From: Desulfatiglandales bacterium
GTDB lineage: Bacteria > Desulfobacterota > DSM-4660 > Desulfatiglandales > Desulfatiglandaceae
DNA length: 24,000 nt
Reading direction: 5' to 3'
NCBI GenBank assembly: GCA_963662465.1
Contig: OY759599.1
Coordinates: forward strand, 786,946 to 810,945
Below the pieces are notes generated by a model. It was not told the origin of the DNA. It saw nothing but the letters and a program-made list of their open reading frames with translations, and made no database searches. Position numbers and translations under genes: made by a program. Below, one piece after another: positions 7,968-15,825 of the stretch. The first letter of the stretch is position 1; the number at the start of each line of letters is the position of its first letter.

Positions 7968-8270
7968 ATGAAGGTTCGCCTTGATTTAAACAACCCCGAT
8001 TTTCAAAAAGAATGGTTTTCTTTGCAAAAAGAAGAGTTTGCAATCTCAAGGAATACGTTGAAAAAGATCGTTATGATGGATTGGCATCAGGTCTATCATG
8101 ATAGGGGCCTGAAATGGGAAAAGATTCAGTCCATAAAAACAGATAAAGGAAGGGAACTCTATACCATCCGCCTGAGCAGAAAACGCCGAGCCGTGGTATG
8201 CCGGAAAAATGATTTTATGATCTTTGTTTCACTTCATCCGGATCATGATTCCGCCTACAAGATGGCATAA
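7968..8270 (+). CDS. RelE/ParE-superfamily-like toxin (100 aa)
   Basis: The ATG at 7968 lies inside the longer 7773..8270 track ORF, 1 nt after the antitoxin stop. The C-terminal pattern LYTIRLSRKRRAVVCRKNDFMIFVSLHPDHDSAY parallels the RelE consensus (LYRIRVGDYRIIY...ILRIGHRKEVY). The family assignment is by pattern only. Confidence 0.55.
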   Translation: MKVRLDLNNPDFQKEWFSLQKEEFAISRNTLKKIVMMDWHQVYHDRGLKWEKIQSIKTDKGRELYTIRLSRKRRAVVCRKNDFMIFVSLHPDHDSAYKMA

Positions 8271-8278
8271 AGGCCCTC

Positions 8279-9376
8279 TCAATCACTATCCGCAAGTTCC
8301 TTAGCAACCGCTTTGATGGTTTCCTCAATTTCCAGAAATGCATCCACCACATCCGGGTCGAAATGAGTGCCGCGCCCTTCGCTGATAATGGCCACGGCCT
8401 TTTCATGGGTGAACGGGGGTTTATAAACCCGTTTGCAGATGAGGGCGTCATACACGTCCGCCACCGCCATGATCCGCCCGGAAAGGGGAATTTCCTCTCC
8501 TTTCAACCCTTGTGGATACCCGGAACCGTCCCATTTTTCCTGGTGGGTACGGGCGATGTCCCTGGCGTGGGAGAGAAAGGAGGGCCGGATTTCCGCATCA
8601 AACAATTCCTCCGCCTTCAGAAGGGCCTGGTATCCCAACTCACAGTGGGTCTTCATGGTGGCGAATTCTTCATCGGTGAGCTTGCCCGGCTTGTGCAAAA
8701 CGGCATCGGGAACACCCACCTTGCCGATGTCGTGCAATGGCGCGGACTTGTAGAGCAGCTCCACTGTCTTTTTGTCCAGAACCTGCCCATGCTTTGGATG
8801 GTCCGCCATTTTTTGGGCCAGAGCCTGCACGTAACGCTGGGTTCGCAGGATATGCCCGCCGGTTTCATTGTCCCGGGTCTCCGCAAGGGATGCAAGGCTG
8901 TGAATGGTGATATCCTGGGTGACCGCCAGGTCCCGGGTACGCTCCGCCACTTTGATTTCCAGAATTTCGTTCTGCATCTCCAGTTCACGGCCGGCCAGAA
9001 CCAGGGAGAGGTGGGTCTTCACCCGGGCCTGCACCTCGGTAATTTCAAAGGGTTTGGTGATGTAATCGACGGCGCCCATCTGAAACCCCCTGGTCTTGTT
9101 TTCGATTTCCGTCAGCGCCGTCAGAAAGATGATGGGGATTTTGGCATAGCGTTCATCTGCTTTTAGCGTTTGGCAGACTTCATAGCCGTCCATCTCCGGC
9201 ATCATGATATCCAGCAGAATCAAATCCGGCGGTTCTTCCGCCACGGTCTCAACGGCTTCCCGGCCGTCCATGGCCACCGAGACATCATAGAGTTCGCCCA
9301 GGGCATCCACCAGAATATCCACATTGGCTTCCGTATCGTCCACCACCAGCACGGTGCAATCCGACAATTCTTTCAT
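8279..9376 (-). CDS. Response regulator: REC receiver plus intact HD-GYP domain (c-di-GMP phosphodiesterase, RpfG type)
   Basis: REC motifs are VLVVDDTEANV, the phospho-acceptor context LILLDIMMPEMDG and DYITKPF. HD-GYP motifs are PLHDIGKVGVPD, THQEKWDGSGYPQGL and ADVYDAL. The SD AGGTGA precedes the ATG. Confidence 0.92.
   Translation of the reverse strand: MKELSDCTVLVVDDTEANVDILVDALGELYDVSVAMDGREAVETVAEEPPDLILLDIMMPEMDGYEVCQTLKADERYAKIPIIFLTALTEIENKTRGFQMGAVDYITKPFEITEVQARVKTHLSLVLAGRELEMQNEILEIKVAERTRDLAVTQDITIHSLASLAETRDNETGGHILRTQRYVQALAQKMADHPKHGQVLDKKTVELLYKSAPLHDIGKVGVPDAVLHKPGKLTDEEFATMKTHCELGYQALLKAEELFDAEIRPSFLSHARDIARTHQEKWDGSGYPQGLKGEEIPLSGRIMAVADVYDALICKRVYKPPFTHEKAVAIISEGRGTHFDPDVVDAFLEIEETIKAVAKELADSD
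9005..9376 (-). repeat. Duplicated receiver-domain coding segment (copy 1, in the HD-GYP regulator)
   Basis: By my count about 110 of the first 124 residues are identical to copy 2. The DNA is also clearly alignable, for example ...ccacattggcttccgtatcgtccaccac... in both copies. Confidence 0.85.
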
Positions 9377-9450
9377 TGAACTTCACCTGTCCTTTCACTT
9401 TATTTTTCAAGTCGGCCGTCAGAAGCAAAGCCTCTTAAAAGCCGGAACCA

Positions 9451-10611
9451 TCAGGCAGAGGCAAAAACCTGAATGGTTTCCTCGCGAAACTCCGTTTTAG
9501 AGGAGTTATGAAGGATTTCAAAAAGAAACGGGTTGATTTTGGTACCCGCCTCTATCAGCCGTATGCCATTGCTCGTGAAGACATCCGCGGCAATCACCAT
9601 CCCAACGGTCAGGTCTTTTGGATAAAGTTTTCTGACAGCCATGTGGGCAGGTTCCGGTTCGCTCTCAACAATCCGGGAAAACATTTCCACCAGTTTGGGG
9701 CCGTACTCTTTTTCACCGGTTTTCAGCTCGGCCATTGCCGCGGATGGGGTTTTTCCGCTGTAGGTCAACTTCTCATACTCCAGAACCAGCTTTAGAATCC
9801 GACTTCCAATGTGAATCATGCGCTGTGCCTGATCATCCCCCTGGAACCCGGTTTCTTTTTGGAGTTCCTGCTGGCGTGCGATGATCTCTGCCACCTCTGT
9901 TAACCTTGGGATTTTGCGAATCAGTTCATACCCTATCTGAGGGTGCCGATTGTAGGTTTCCTTCTCCTCCACCAAAACCTTCTCTCCCCGGAAAATTTTC
10001 TCGATGGTTTCAGGCGGTACGATAACACAACCGATCTGGCTCAACATGGCGGCCATTCGAATCTGCCAGAAGTCCGTTAGTTTGAAGGCTGCCATCACCT
10101 TGCTGACATGGCGTTTCAGCCGGGATGTTCGGCTGAATGCCGTGGGATTGGCAACGGAAAGAATTTCCGTGAGAACCTCGATGGCGCCCCCCAGCGTTTT
10201 TACCACCAGATCGCGAAGTTCAAGCTCCGCCAGGCGCAGTTTCAGGTGGGTTTTTACACGGGCGTTGACTTCCGCAATTTCAAAGGGCTTGGTGATATAA
10301 TCCACCGCTCCTAACTGGAAACCCTTGGTCTTGTTGCTAATTTCCGTTAGAGCTGTCAGAAAAATGATGGGGATGTTGGCGTAGCGTTCATTGCCCTTTA
10401 ATCTTTGGCACACCTCATACCCATCCATTTCGGGCATCATGATGTCCAATAAAATCAGGTCCGGTGGTTCTTCCGCCACGGCTTCAAGGGCCGCCACGCC
10501 ATCCATGGCCACCGACACATCATACAGCTCCCCCAGTGCATCCACCAGGATGTCCACATTGGCTTCCGTATCGTCCACCACGAGTACGGTGCAATCCGAT
10601 AGTTCCTTCAT
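9451..10611 (-). CDS. Response regulator: REC receiver plus degenerate HD-GYP-related domain, with a C-terminal LxxGMV..DV....G..L...G module
   Basis: The start is placed at ATG 10611 (MKELSD, SD AGGTGA), matching its paralogue, rather than the track's GTG at 10620. The REC domain is near-identical to that of 8279..9376. The output domain is colinear with HD-GYP, but LHDIGK is replaced by LSQIGC and the HxE..DGSGYP block by RQQELQKETGFQGDD, so no metal-binding HD or GYP motif remains. Confidence 0.8.
   Translation of the reverse strand: MKELSDCTVLVVDDTEANVDILVDALGELYDVSVAMDGVAALEAVAEEPPDLILLDIMMPEMDGYEVCQRLKGNERYANIPIIFLTALTEISNKTKGFQLGAVDYITKPFEIAEVNARVKTHLKLRLAELELRDLVVKTLGGAIEVLTEILSVANPTAFSRTSRLKRHVSKVMAAFKLTDFWQIRMAAMLSQIGCVIVPPETIEKIFRGEKVLVEEKETYNRHPQIGYELIRKIPRLTEVAEIIARQQELQKETGFQGDDQAQRMIHIGSRILKLVLEYEKLTYSGKTPSAAMAELKTGEKEYGPKLVEMFSRIVESEPEPAHMAVRKLYPKDLTVGMVIAADVFTSNGIRLIEAGTKINPFLFEILHNSSKTEFREETIQVFASA
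10240..10611 (-). repeat. Duplicated receiver-domain coding segment (copy 2, in the degenerate-HD-GYP regulator)
   Basis: See copy 1. Similarity ends abruptly after ARVKTHL, where the two output domains diverge. Confidence 0.85.
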
Positions 10612-10620
10612 TAGACTCAC

Positions 10621-12966
10621 CTATCCTTTCAGTTTGTTTTGCAGGTCTTCCAGAAGGGGTAAAGCCTCCTTGAATTTGTATTTATTGATCAACCGCTCCA
10701 GATCGGCCATTTCAATGCTCACGGCCGCCGGCCAGGGAGCCTTCTTCAACTCCGCCATGGCTTCCTTGCAGGGTTTCGGTTTTCGAGTTTTTAAATGGGG
10801 GATCATTTCTTCCAGTGCGGCCAAAAAAATTTTCGGATCAGCTTCTTCCGCACCAGTTTTGACGATTTCAACCTGTTTCGGTTCATCCCCCAGGATTCCC
10901 AGAGCCTCTACAACATCTCTTAGGACACCGCCAAAATTGGAAATCTTCTCTTCATAGGTTTCCCGCTCTCCCTGTTTGATGGCGGACTCCAAAGCCGCAC
11001 CGGCGTCCTGAAGGGGGCCCGCCCCCACGTTACCGGCCACCCCTTTGATGCTGTGGGCCAGACGTTCCGCCTCATCGGCCTTTTCCGATTGCAACAGGCC
11101 CCTTATTTCCTCATCCGTCTTGGCGTAATCGTCGCGAAGTTTCATAAGGATGTTGCGATAGAGTTTCTCATTACCCCCCACGCGCATAAGCCCTTCTTCC
11201 ACATTAATTCCCTCAATGGATTGGGGAAGTTGATCCTTGGGTGGTGCAGGAGGGGCTGATGGGGCAGGTGCTGTTTCGAGGGGTTCTACCCTATCCGATT
11301 TGGGTTCAAATCCCCTCACCCCCGGCTGTATCCACTGGCCCAGGCAGGAGAAAAGCTGTTTTACGTCAATGGGTTTGGCCACATGGTCGTTCATGCCGGC
11401 TTCAATTGCTTTTTCCTTGTCACCGGCCATGGCGTTGGCGGTCATGGCGATGATGGGCATGTCGTCAAAACGCTTATCTTTGCGGATTTCGAGGGAGGCC
11501 GTGTATCCATCCATCACCGGCATCTGGATGTCCATGAGCACGGCCTGGTAATTGCCCGTCTGCACCGCATCCACCGCCTGCCGGCCATCTCCCACTGTGG
11601 TGACCTTAAGACCCGCCCCCCCCAGAATCTCCTGGGCCACCTGTTGATTGATCTCGTTGTCTTCCACCAGGAGCACCTGAGCGCCCTTGATATGATCCAC
11701 CCCTTCGGGGTCAACACCCGGTCCCCGCCGTTTTTGTCCGGATCCGCTGCCTTTACCAAAGGCGGCCATGGCGGCATCCAACAGCATTGAAGGGGCTACC
11801 GGTTTGATCAGAAACCCATCCAGACCGATCCGGTCCGCCTGGTTCATGATCTCTTCACGACCGTAGGCGGTCACCAGAATGATTTTGGGTATCTTGTTGA
11901 GGTCAGGATGATTCTTTATTTTTTCGGAAGCCGTTAGCCCATCCATACCCGGCATCTGCCAATCCATGAAGATGAGATCAAAGGGATTGTCCGGGTCCGC
12001 CTTTTCCACCTCCGCCAGTCCTTTTAGTCCATCCGTGGCCAGGGTCACCTCAAAAGACATGGAGGTAAGCATATCTTCCAGTATTTCACGGCTGGTATCG
12101 TTATCGTCCACCACCAGCACCTTGAGGTTTTTGAGATCGGGGTCAGGCTGTAGTATTCTCTCTTTTTGAGCCTCACCAATACCTAAAACCGCCGTAAAGA
12201 TAAATTCACTGCCCACCCCCGGTTCGCTCTCCACCCAGATCTCGCCGCCCATCATCTCCACCAGCCGCTTGCTGATGGTCAACCCCAGGCCGGTTCCACC
12301 GTATTTTCGGGTGGTGGAGGCATCCGCCTGACTGAAGGCCTGAAAGAGTTTTCCCCGCTGTTCTTCGGTAAGCCCGATGCCCGTATCCCGAACCCCGAAC
12401 CGCACCTTTACATGATCTGAGGGCACCTGATCATCCATCGTCTCCATCACTGCGGCTGAAATGACAATTTCACCGGTTTCCGTAAACTTCACGGCATTAT
12501 TGGATAGATTCACCAGGACCTGGCTCAGGCGCAGGGGGTCTCCCTGAAGGTCATTGGGCAGTTCCGGATCCACTTTCATCAGCAGCTCCAACCCTTTTTC
12601 CTGGGACTTGACACTCACCAGAGTGGACACACTGTCCAGGGTCTTGTCCAGGCTGAAATCGATGATCTCCATGTCCATCTTACCGGCCTCGATCTTGCTG
12701 AAATCGAGGATGTCGTTGATGATGCCGAGAAGCGCCTGAGCACTGGAGTGGATTTTAACCAGATAATCGACCTGCTTGGGATCCAGATCGGTCTTTAGCG
12801 CCAAGTGACTCATGCCCATAATGGCGTTCATGGGGGTACGGATCTCGTGGCTCATGTTGGCCAGGAAATCACTCTTGGCCTTGGTGGCTTCCTCGGCTTT
12901 CTGCTTTTCCTCATCCAGGTCCTGCATCATGTTGAGCATGGCGCGCCTGGCTTCGGCCAACTCCTC
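10621..12966 (-). repeat. Paralogous ~2.35 kb kinase core (copy 1, HK1), from the coiled coil through Hpt
   Basis: It is colinear with 20676..23033 at both DNA and protein level. For example, the 12805-12950 block matches 22875-23020 at most positions by eye. Similarity starts at the [43 protein letters not shown] block. Confidence 0.85.
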
Positions 12967-13494
12967 AAGCTGCTCCTGAAGCGCCTCGGAAGCCTCTTCG
13001 GCGGAATCCCTGGCCGCCTCGATCTCCTCGGTGGAATTTTTCAAGGCTTCATTTTTCTCCTGCATCTCACGCAGCAATTCCCCCCTGGACGCTTTGGACA
13101 GATTTTTCCGCACGGTTTCGAGGAAATGCTCCGAAGGGCTGAAGCCTGGATTGGGCAAATATTTGAAAACAAGAACCTTTGATGGCGAACCTTCCCCGTT
13201 TCCCTCATGAATAACATCGAAAAAGGGCGCACCGTGGGATGCAATGGCTGTGTTTCCACCGTATGAGAATCTTATGGTCAAACCGCTCTGCCCATTACGG
13301 TCTTCAAGACCGATGGCAACATCCACATCAAAGGCATTACGAACGTCGTTTCTCAAAAGCTCGGAAAAAGCCGCCACCAGCCTTGTGGCATCCATGTCAT
13401 CATATTCCAGTGTTTCGGCCAGCCTGAAGATTTTGCGCCTGGCATCAGAAAACGTTTCGGCATTTTTTACGGAAATATTACCCAATTCAATCAT
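10621..13494 (-). CDS. Cytoplasmic hybrid histidine kinase HK1: novel N-terminal input domain, coiled coil, HisKA, HATPase_c, REC, REC, Hpt
   Basis: H-box is [25 protein letters not shown]-box is [12 protein letters not shown], and the G-boxes are DTGIGL and [19 protein letters not shown]. The receivers contain [13 protein letters not shown] and [12 protein letters not shown]. The Hpt motif is [12 protein letters not shown]. No TM segment is present. The start is placed at ATG 13494, which overlaps the rsbX-like TGA as ATGA; the track start at 13518 is possible but uncoupled. Confidence 0.92.
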   Translation of the reverse strand: MIELGNISVKNAETFSDARRKIFRLAETLEYDDMDATRLVAAFSELLRNDVRNAFDVDVAIGLEDRNGQSGLTIRFSYGGNTAIASHGAPFFDVIHEGNGEGSPSKVLVFKYLPNPGFSPSEHFLETVRKNLSKASRGELLREMQEKNEALKNSTEEIEAARDSAEEASEALQEQLEELAEARRAMLNMMQDLDEEKQKAEEATKAKSDFLANMSHEIRTPMNAIMGMSHLALKTDLDPKQVDYLVKIHSSAQALLGIINDILDFSKIEAGKMDMEIIDFSLDKTLDSVSTLVSVKSQEKGLELLMKVDPELPNDLQGDPLRLSQVLVNLSNNAVKFTETGEIVISAAVMETMDDQVPSDHVKVRFGVRDTGIGLTEEQRGKLFQAFSQADASTTRKYGGTGLGLTISKRLVEMMGGEIWVESEPGVGSEFIFTAVLGIGEAQKERILQPDPDLKNLKVLVVDDNDTSREILEDMLTSMSFEVTLATDGLKGLAEVEKADPDNPFDLIFMDWQMPGMDGLTASEKIKNHPDLNKIPKIILVTAYGREEIMNQADRIGLDGFLIKPVAPSMLLDAAMAAFGKGSGSGQKRRGPGVDPEGVDHIKGAQVLLVEDNEINQQVAQEILGGAGLKVTTVGDGRQAVDAVQTGNYQAVLMDIQMPVMDGYTASLEIRKDKRFDDMPIIAMTANAMAGDKEKAIEAGMNDHVAKPIDVKQLFSCLGQWIQPGVRGFEPKSDRVEPLETAPAPSAPPAPPKDQLPQSIEGINVEEGLMRVGGNEKLYRNILMKLRDDYAKTDEEIRGLLQSEKADEAERLAHSIKGVAGNVGAGPLQDAGAALESAIKQGERETYEEKISNFGGVLRDVVEALGILGDEPKQVEIVKTGAEEADPKIFLAALEEMIPHLKTRKPKPCKEAMAELKKAPWPAAVSIEMADLERLINKYKFKEALPLLEDLQNKLKG

Positions 13495-14078
13495 AGCCCA
13501 TACCTCAATACAATACACGATGCATCATCGCTGTCCTTACCCAACCGGTCCATCAGATCCGCCGCTATTTTCCGCGCTGAACCCTTCAGAAGGTCCGGGT
13601 AGAAAATCGGATCAAAGTGTTCCTTTATCCCGTCGGAGTTCAAAATCAGGATATCCCCGGAAGACACTTTTGCCCGTTGTTTTTTGGGCGTGGGCATTCT
13701 GTACCCGAGAACACCGTCCCGGGAAACAAAGGTGACGGGGGACGGTCCGTAAAGCCGCGCCGTAATATTTCCCACGCCCACAAATTCCATTTCGCCGTTC
13801 ACCAGGTTCAAATGGCAGAGGGCGGCAACGGCCCCTCGGGTCCCCTTCAAACAGGCATGCAATCCGTTCATCAATTCCTCCAGATCGGAAAGATGGCTTT
13901 CCTCAAGATAGCGCTCCCCGATTTCCGCCACCTGGTGGGCATTTTTGCCATGGCCCAGCACATCCATGAGGGCTAAAAAGCATTGGTCATCGGATACCCG
14001 GATGACCCCCGCATCGCCGCATTCGTCCTCCGGACCGGTGAGTGAGCGCTTCAACAAATGGGTGTCAACCTTAAGCAT
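13491..14078 (-). CDS. rsbX: PP2C-type serine phosphatase, RsbX-like (stressosome reset phosphatase)
   Basis: Motifs are [25 protein letters not shown] and DDASCIVLR. It is 195 aa from ATG 14078, the same size class as B. subtilis RsbX. That ATG overlaps the rsbT-like stop by 8 nt. The track's 14138 start would overlap rsbT by 68 nt. Confidence 0.8.
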   Translation of the reverse strand: MLKVDTHLLKRSLTGPEDECGDAGVIRVSDDQCFLALMDVLGHGKNAHQVAEIGERYLEESHLSDLEELMNGLHACLKGTRGAVAALCHLNLVNGEMEFVGVGNITARLYGPSPVTFVSRDGVLGYRMPTPKKQRAKVSSGDILILNSDGIKEHFDPIFYPDLLKGSARKIAADLMDRLGKDSDDASCIVLRYGL

Positions 14079-14493
14079 TCCGTCTCCATTTTCTGGCAAC
14101 AATCCGCGTGCCGGCGCCTGGTTTCGATTGAATGTCAAATTCGTCCATAATCCTTTTTATGCTGGAGAGCCCCAGACCCAGACCGTGGCCCTTGCTGACC
14201 CCTTCTTCCATGGCCCCTTGGATGTCCTCGATGCCGGGTCCCTGGTCCTCCACGGTAAACTCAAAGCCCACACGGTCCTCATCTTTAACAGCCCTGAGCC
14301 TGACCCTTCCTTTTTCGGCATACCGAATCACGTTCGTGGAGGCTTCGGACGCGGCCGTGGCGATCAGGTATTGCTGGTTCTCGTCAAATCCCATTTGGGC
14401 GGTGAGGTGCCTGACGGCGTAGACCACCCGGGCATGGTCCGACAACTCAACCAGATCGATGATCCTTTCTTCAATAATGCCGTTATTCTCCAA
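14071..14493 (-). CDS. rsbT: RsbT-like serine protein kinase (GHKL, anti-sigma-regulatory-factor type)
   Basis: 140 aa. N-box is ASEASTNVIRYA, G1 is VEDQGPGIEDI and G2 is GHGLGLGLSSIKRIMDEF. A TTG start has GGGAGA 9 nt upstream. Its position after the rsbR/rsbS homologues matches the canonical order. Confidence 0.85.
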   Translation of the reverse strand: MENNGIIEERIIDLVELSDHARVVYAVRHLTAQMGFDENQQYLIATAASEASTNVIRYAEKGRVRLRAVKDEDRVGFEFTVEDQGPGIEDIQGAMEEGVSKGHGLGLGLSSIKRIMDEFDIQSKPGAGTRIVARKWRRNA

Positions 14494-14520
14494 CTTAAAA
14501 TATCTCCCGGGTTACCCGAT

Positions 14521-14952
14521 TCACGGGATGACGCCTGATTTCGACTCCACGGGCCCAAACCGCTTCAGGGCACGATTCCTTAAAAACGCGAACCCGTCAT
14601 CCATGCTGATGGCCGTCGGAATGTTCCCGAGATCTAGCCCCAGATCCACCGCCGCGGACGCAACACCCGGCTGAAAGCCCACAAACACAATATCGGCGCC
14701 CAGCATGGATACCATTTTTGCGGTATTCGTCAGAACGGTAAAGCTGTAAGCATCAACGATCCGAAGAACGGAAACATCAAACAGGACCCCCTTGGCAGCG
14801 GTTTCGTTTACTTTTCGAAGGACCGCTTTTTGAAGCCCCACGGCGTAATGATCATCCAGTTCCGCATTGACGGGCACCACCAGAAAGCCGCCCACCGTGT
14901 GCATGCCCAATGCGGAAAAATTTTCAACATCTTCCATAGTTATCTTCTCCAT
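14521..14952 (-). CDS. rsbS: RsbS-like single STAS-domain stressosome scaffold protein
   Basis: It aligns without gaps, by eye, to my recollection of B. subtilis RsbS from GANGVVIDLTSVDMIDSF... to the C-terminus (AAKGVLFDVSVLRIVDAYSF...GFQPGVASAAVDLGL). An alternative start at ATG 14937 has a better SD (GGAGA). Confidence 0.85.
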   Translation of the reverse strand: MEKITMEDVENFSALGMHTVGGFLVVPVNAELDDHYAVGLQKAVLRKVNETAAKGVLFDVSVLRIVDAYSFTVLTNTAKMVSMLGADIVFVGFQPGVASAAVDLGLDLGNIPTAISMDDGFAFLRNRALKRFGPVESKSGVIP

Positions 14953-14980
14953 CTCGGTATAATTTACAGATAAGCTACCT

Positions 14981-15790
14981 TTATTTCGTTTGGACCACCT
15001 CCAGCTTCAATATGGCAAATGCATCGGCCAGGGAATCCTGAAGGTTTGAATTGGTGGTCACGTCTCCCAGTTCAATGCCCAGTTGAACCAGGGTCTCGGC
15101 CACGGCGGGGGATATGCCGGAAACAATGCACCGGCACCCCATGAGCCTCGTGGCTTTGGCGATTTTAATAAGATGGTTGGCCACCGCCGTGTCAACCGTG
15201 GCCACCCCCGCAATATCCAGAATAATGACTTTGGCCAGGGTTTCCGTTATCTTCTTCAACATGGTGTGCATCATCTGTTGAGCACGCAGGGAATCCACCA
15301 CCCCCACCACGGGAAGAATGATGACCCGGTCCCACAGCTTTATGACCGGGGTCGATATCTCCATGATGGTGCGGCTCTGTTCCTGAAGTTTCCGCTCCTG
15401 TTGAACCCGGTTGGTGATATCCAGGATGTATTCCAGCCCGCCGATGATATTCCCCGCTTTGTCCTTTAAGGCCGCGGCGGTGTATTCAATGGGGATCGAC
15501 CTCCCACCGATTTTTGCCTCATTGCGAACGGTACACGTTTCAGTGCCTCCCATAACTTGTTTCATTCGGCATTCCGGTGTCCGGCAGTGGAGCGAATCGA
15601 AAACCTCGTAACAATGACTCCCTTTGATTTCCTCCCAACTTTTTCCGGAGAGCTTTAAACCCGCATCATTCATGAAAATGAGATTCAGATCGAGATCCAC
15701 CGCCATAATCGGCGTGGGAAGCTGATCCAGAATCTGGATTGCGAGATCGTTGTTGATCTGCACACTGCTGCCGTTAATTTTTTGGTTCAT
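14981..15790 (-). CDS. rsbR: RsbR-like stressosome sensor: N-terminal Cys-rich PAS domain plus C-terminal STAS domain
   Basis: The STAS half is strongly RsbR-like: STPVIKLWDRVIILPVVGVVDSLRAQQMM...ILDIAGVATVDTAVANHLIKIAKATRLMGCRCIVSGISPAVAETLVQLGIELG. The equivalents of RsbRA T171 and T205 are S and T. The N-terminal half is a PAS fold (PTPIMAVDLDLNLIFMNDAG...GGLEYILDIT). A TGGAGG SD lies 6 nt upstream. Confidence 0.85.
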   Translation of the reverse strand: MNQKINGSSVQINNDLAIQILDQLPTPIMAVDLDLNLIFMNDAGLKLSGKSWEEIKGSHCYEVFDSLHCRTPECRMKQVMGGTETCTVRNEAKIGGRSIPIEYTAAALKDKAGNIIGGLEYILDITNRVQQERKLQEQSRTIMEISTPVIKLWDRVIILPVVGVVDSLRAQQMMHTMLKKITETLAKVIILDIAGVATVDTAVANHLIKIAKATRLMGCRCIVSGISPAVAETLVQLGIELGDVTTNSNLQDSLADAFAILKLEVVQTK

Positions 15791-15825
15791 GGATTGCCTC
15801 CAGTTTTTGGGTGTTGAATATACGG

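Noticed and set aside
8363-9166. 267-aa plus-strand ORF opposite the HD-GYP regulator
   Set aside because: It is a shadow ORF; the minus-strand frame carries intact REC and HD-GYP motifs.
13945-14538. 197-aa plus-strand ORF across the rsbT/rsbX region, plus other antisense ORFs opposite HK1 and RR2 (10391..10957, 11383..11790, 12805..13182, 13244..13735)
   Set aside because: All are antisense to motif-bearing genes and have biased, low-complexity translations.
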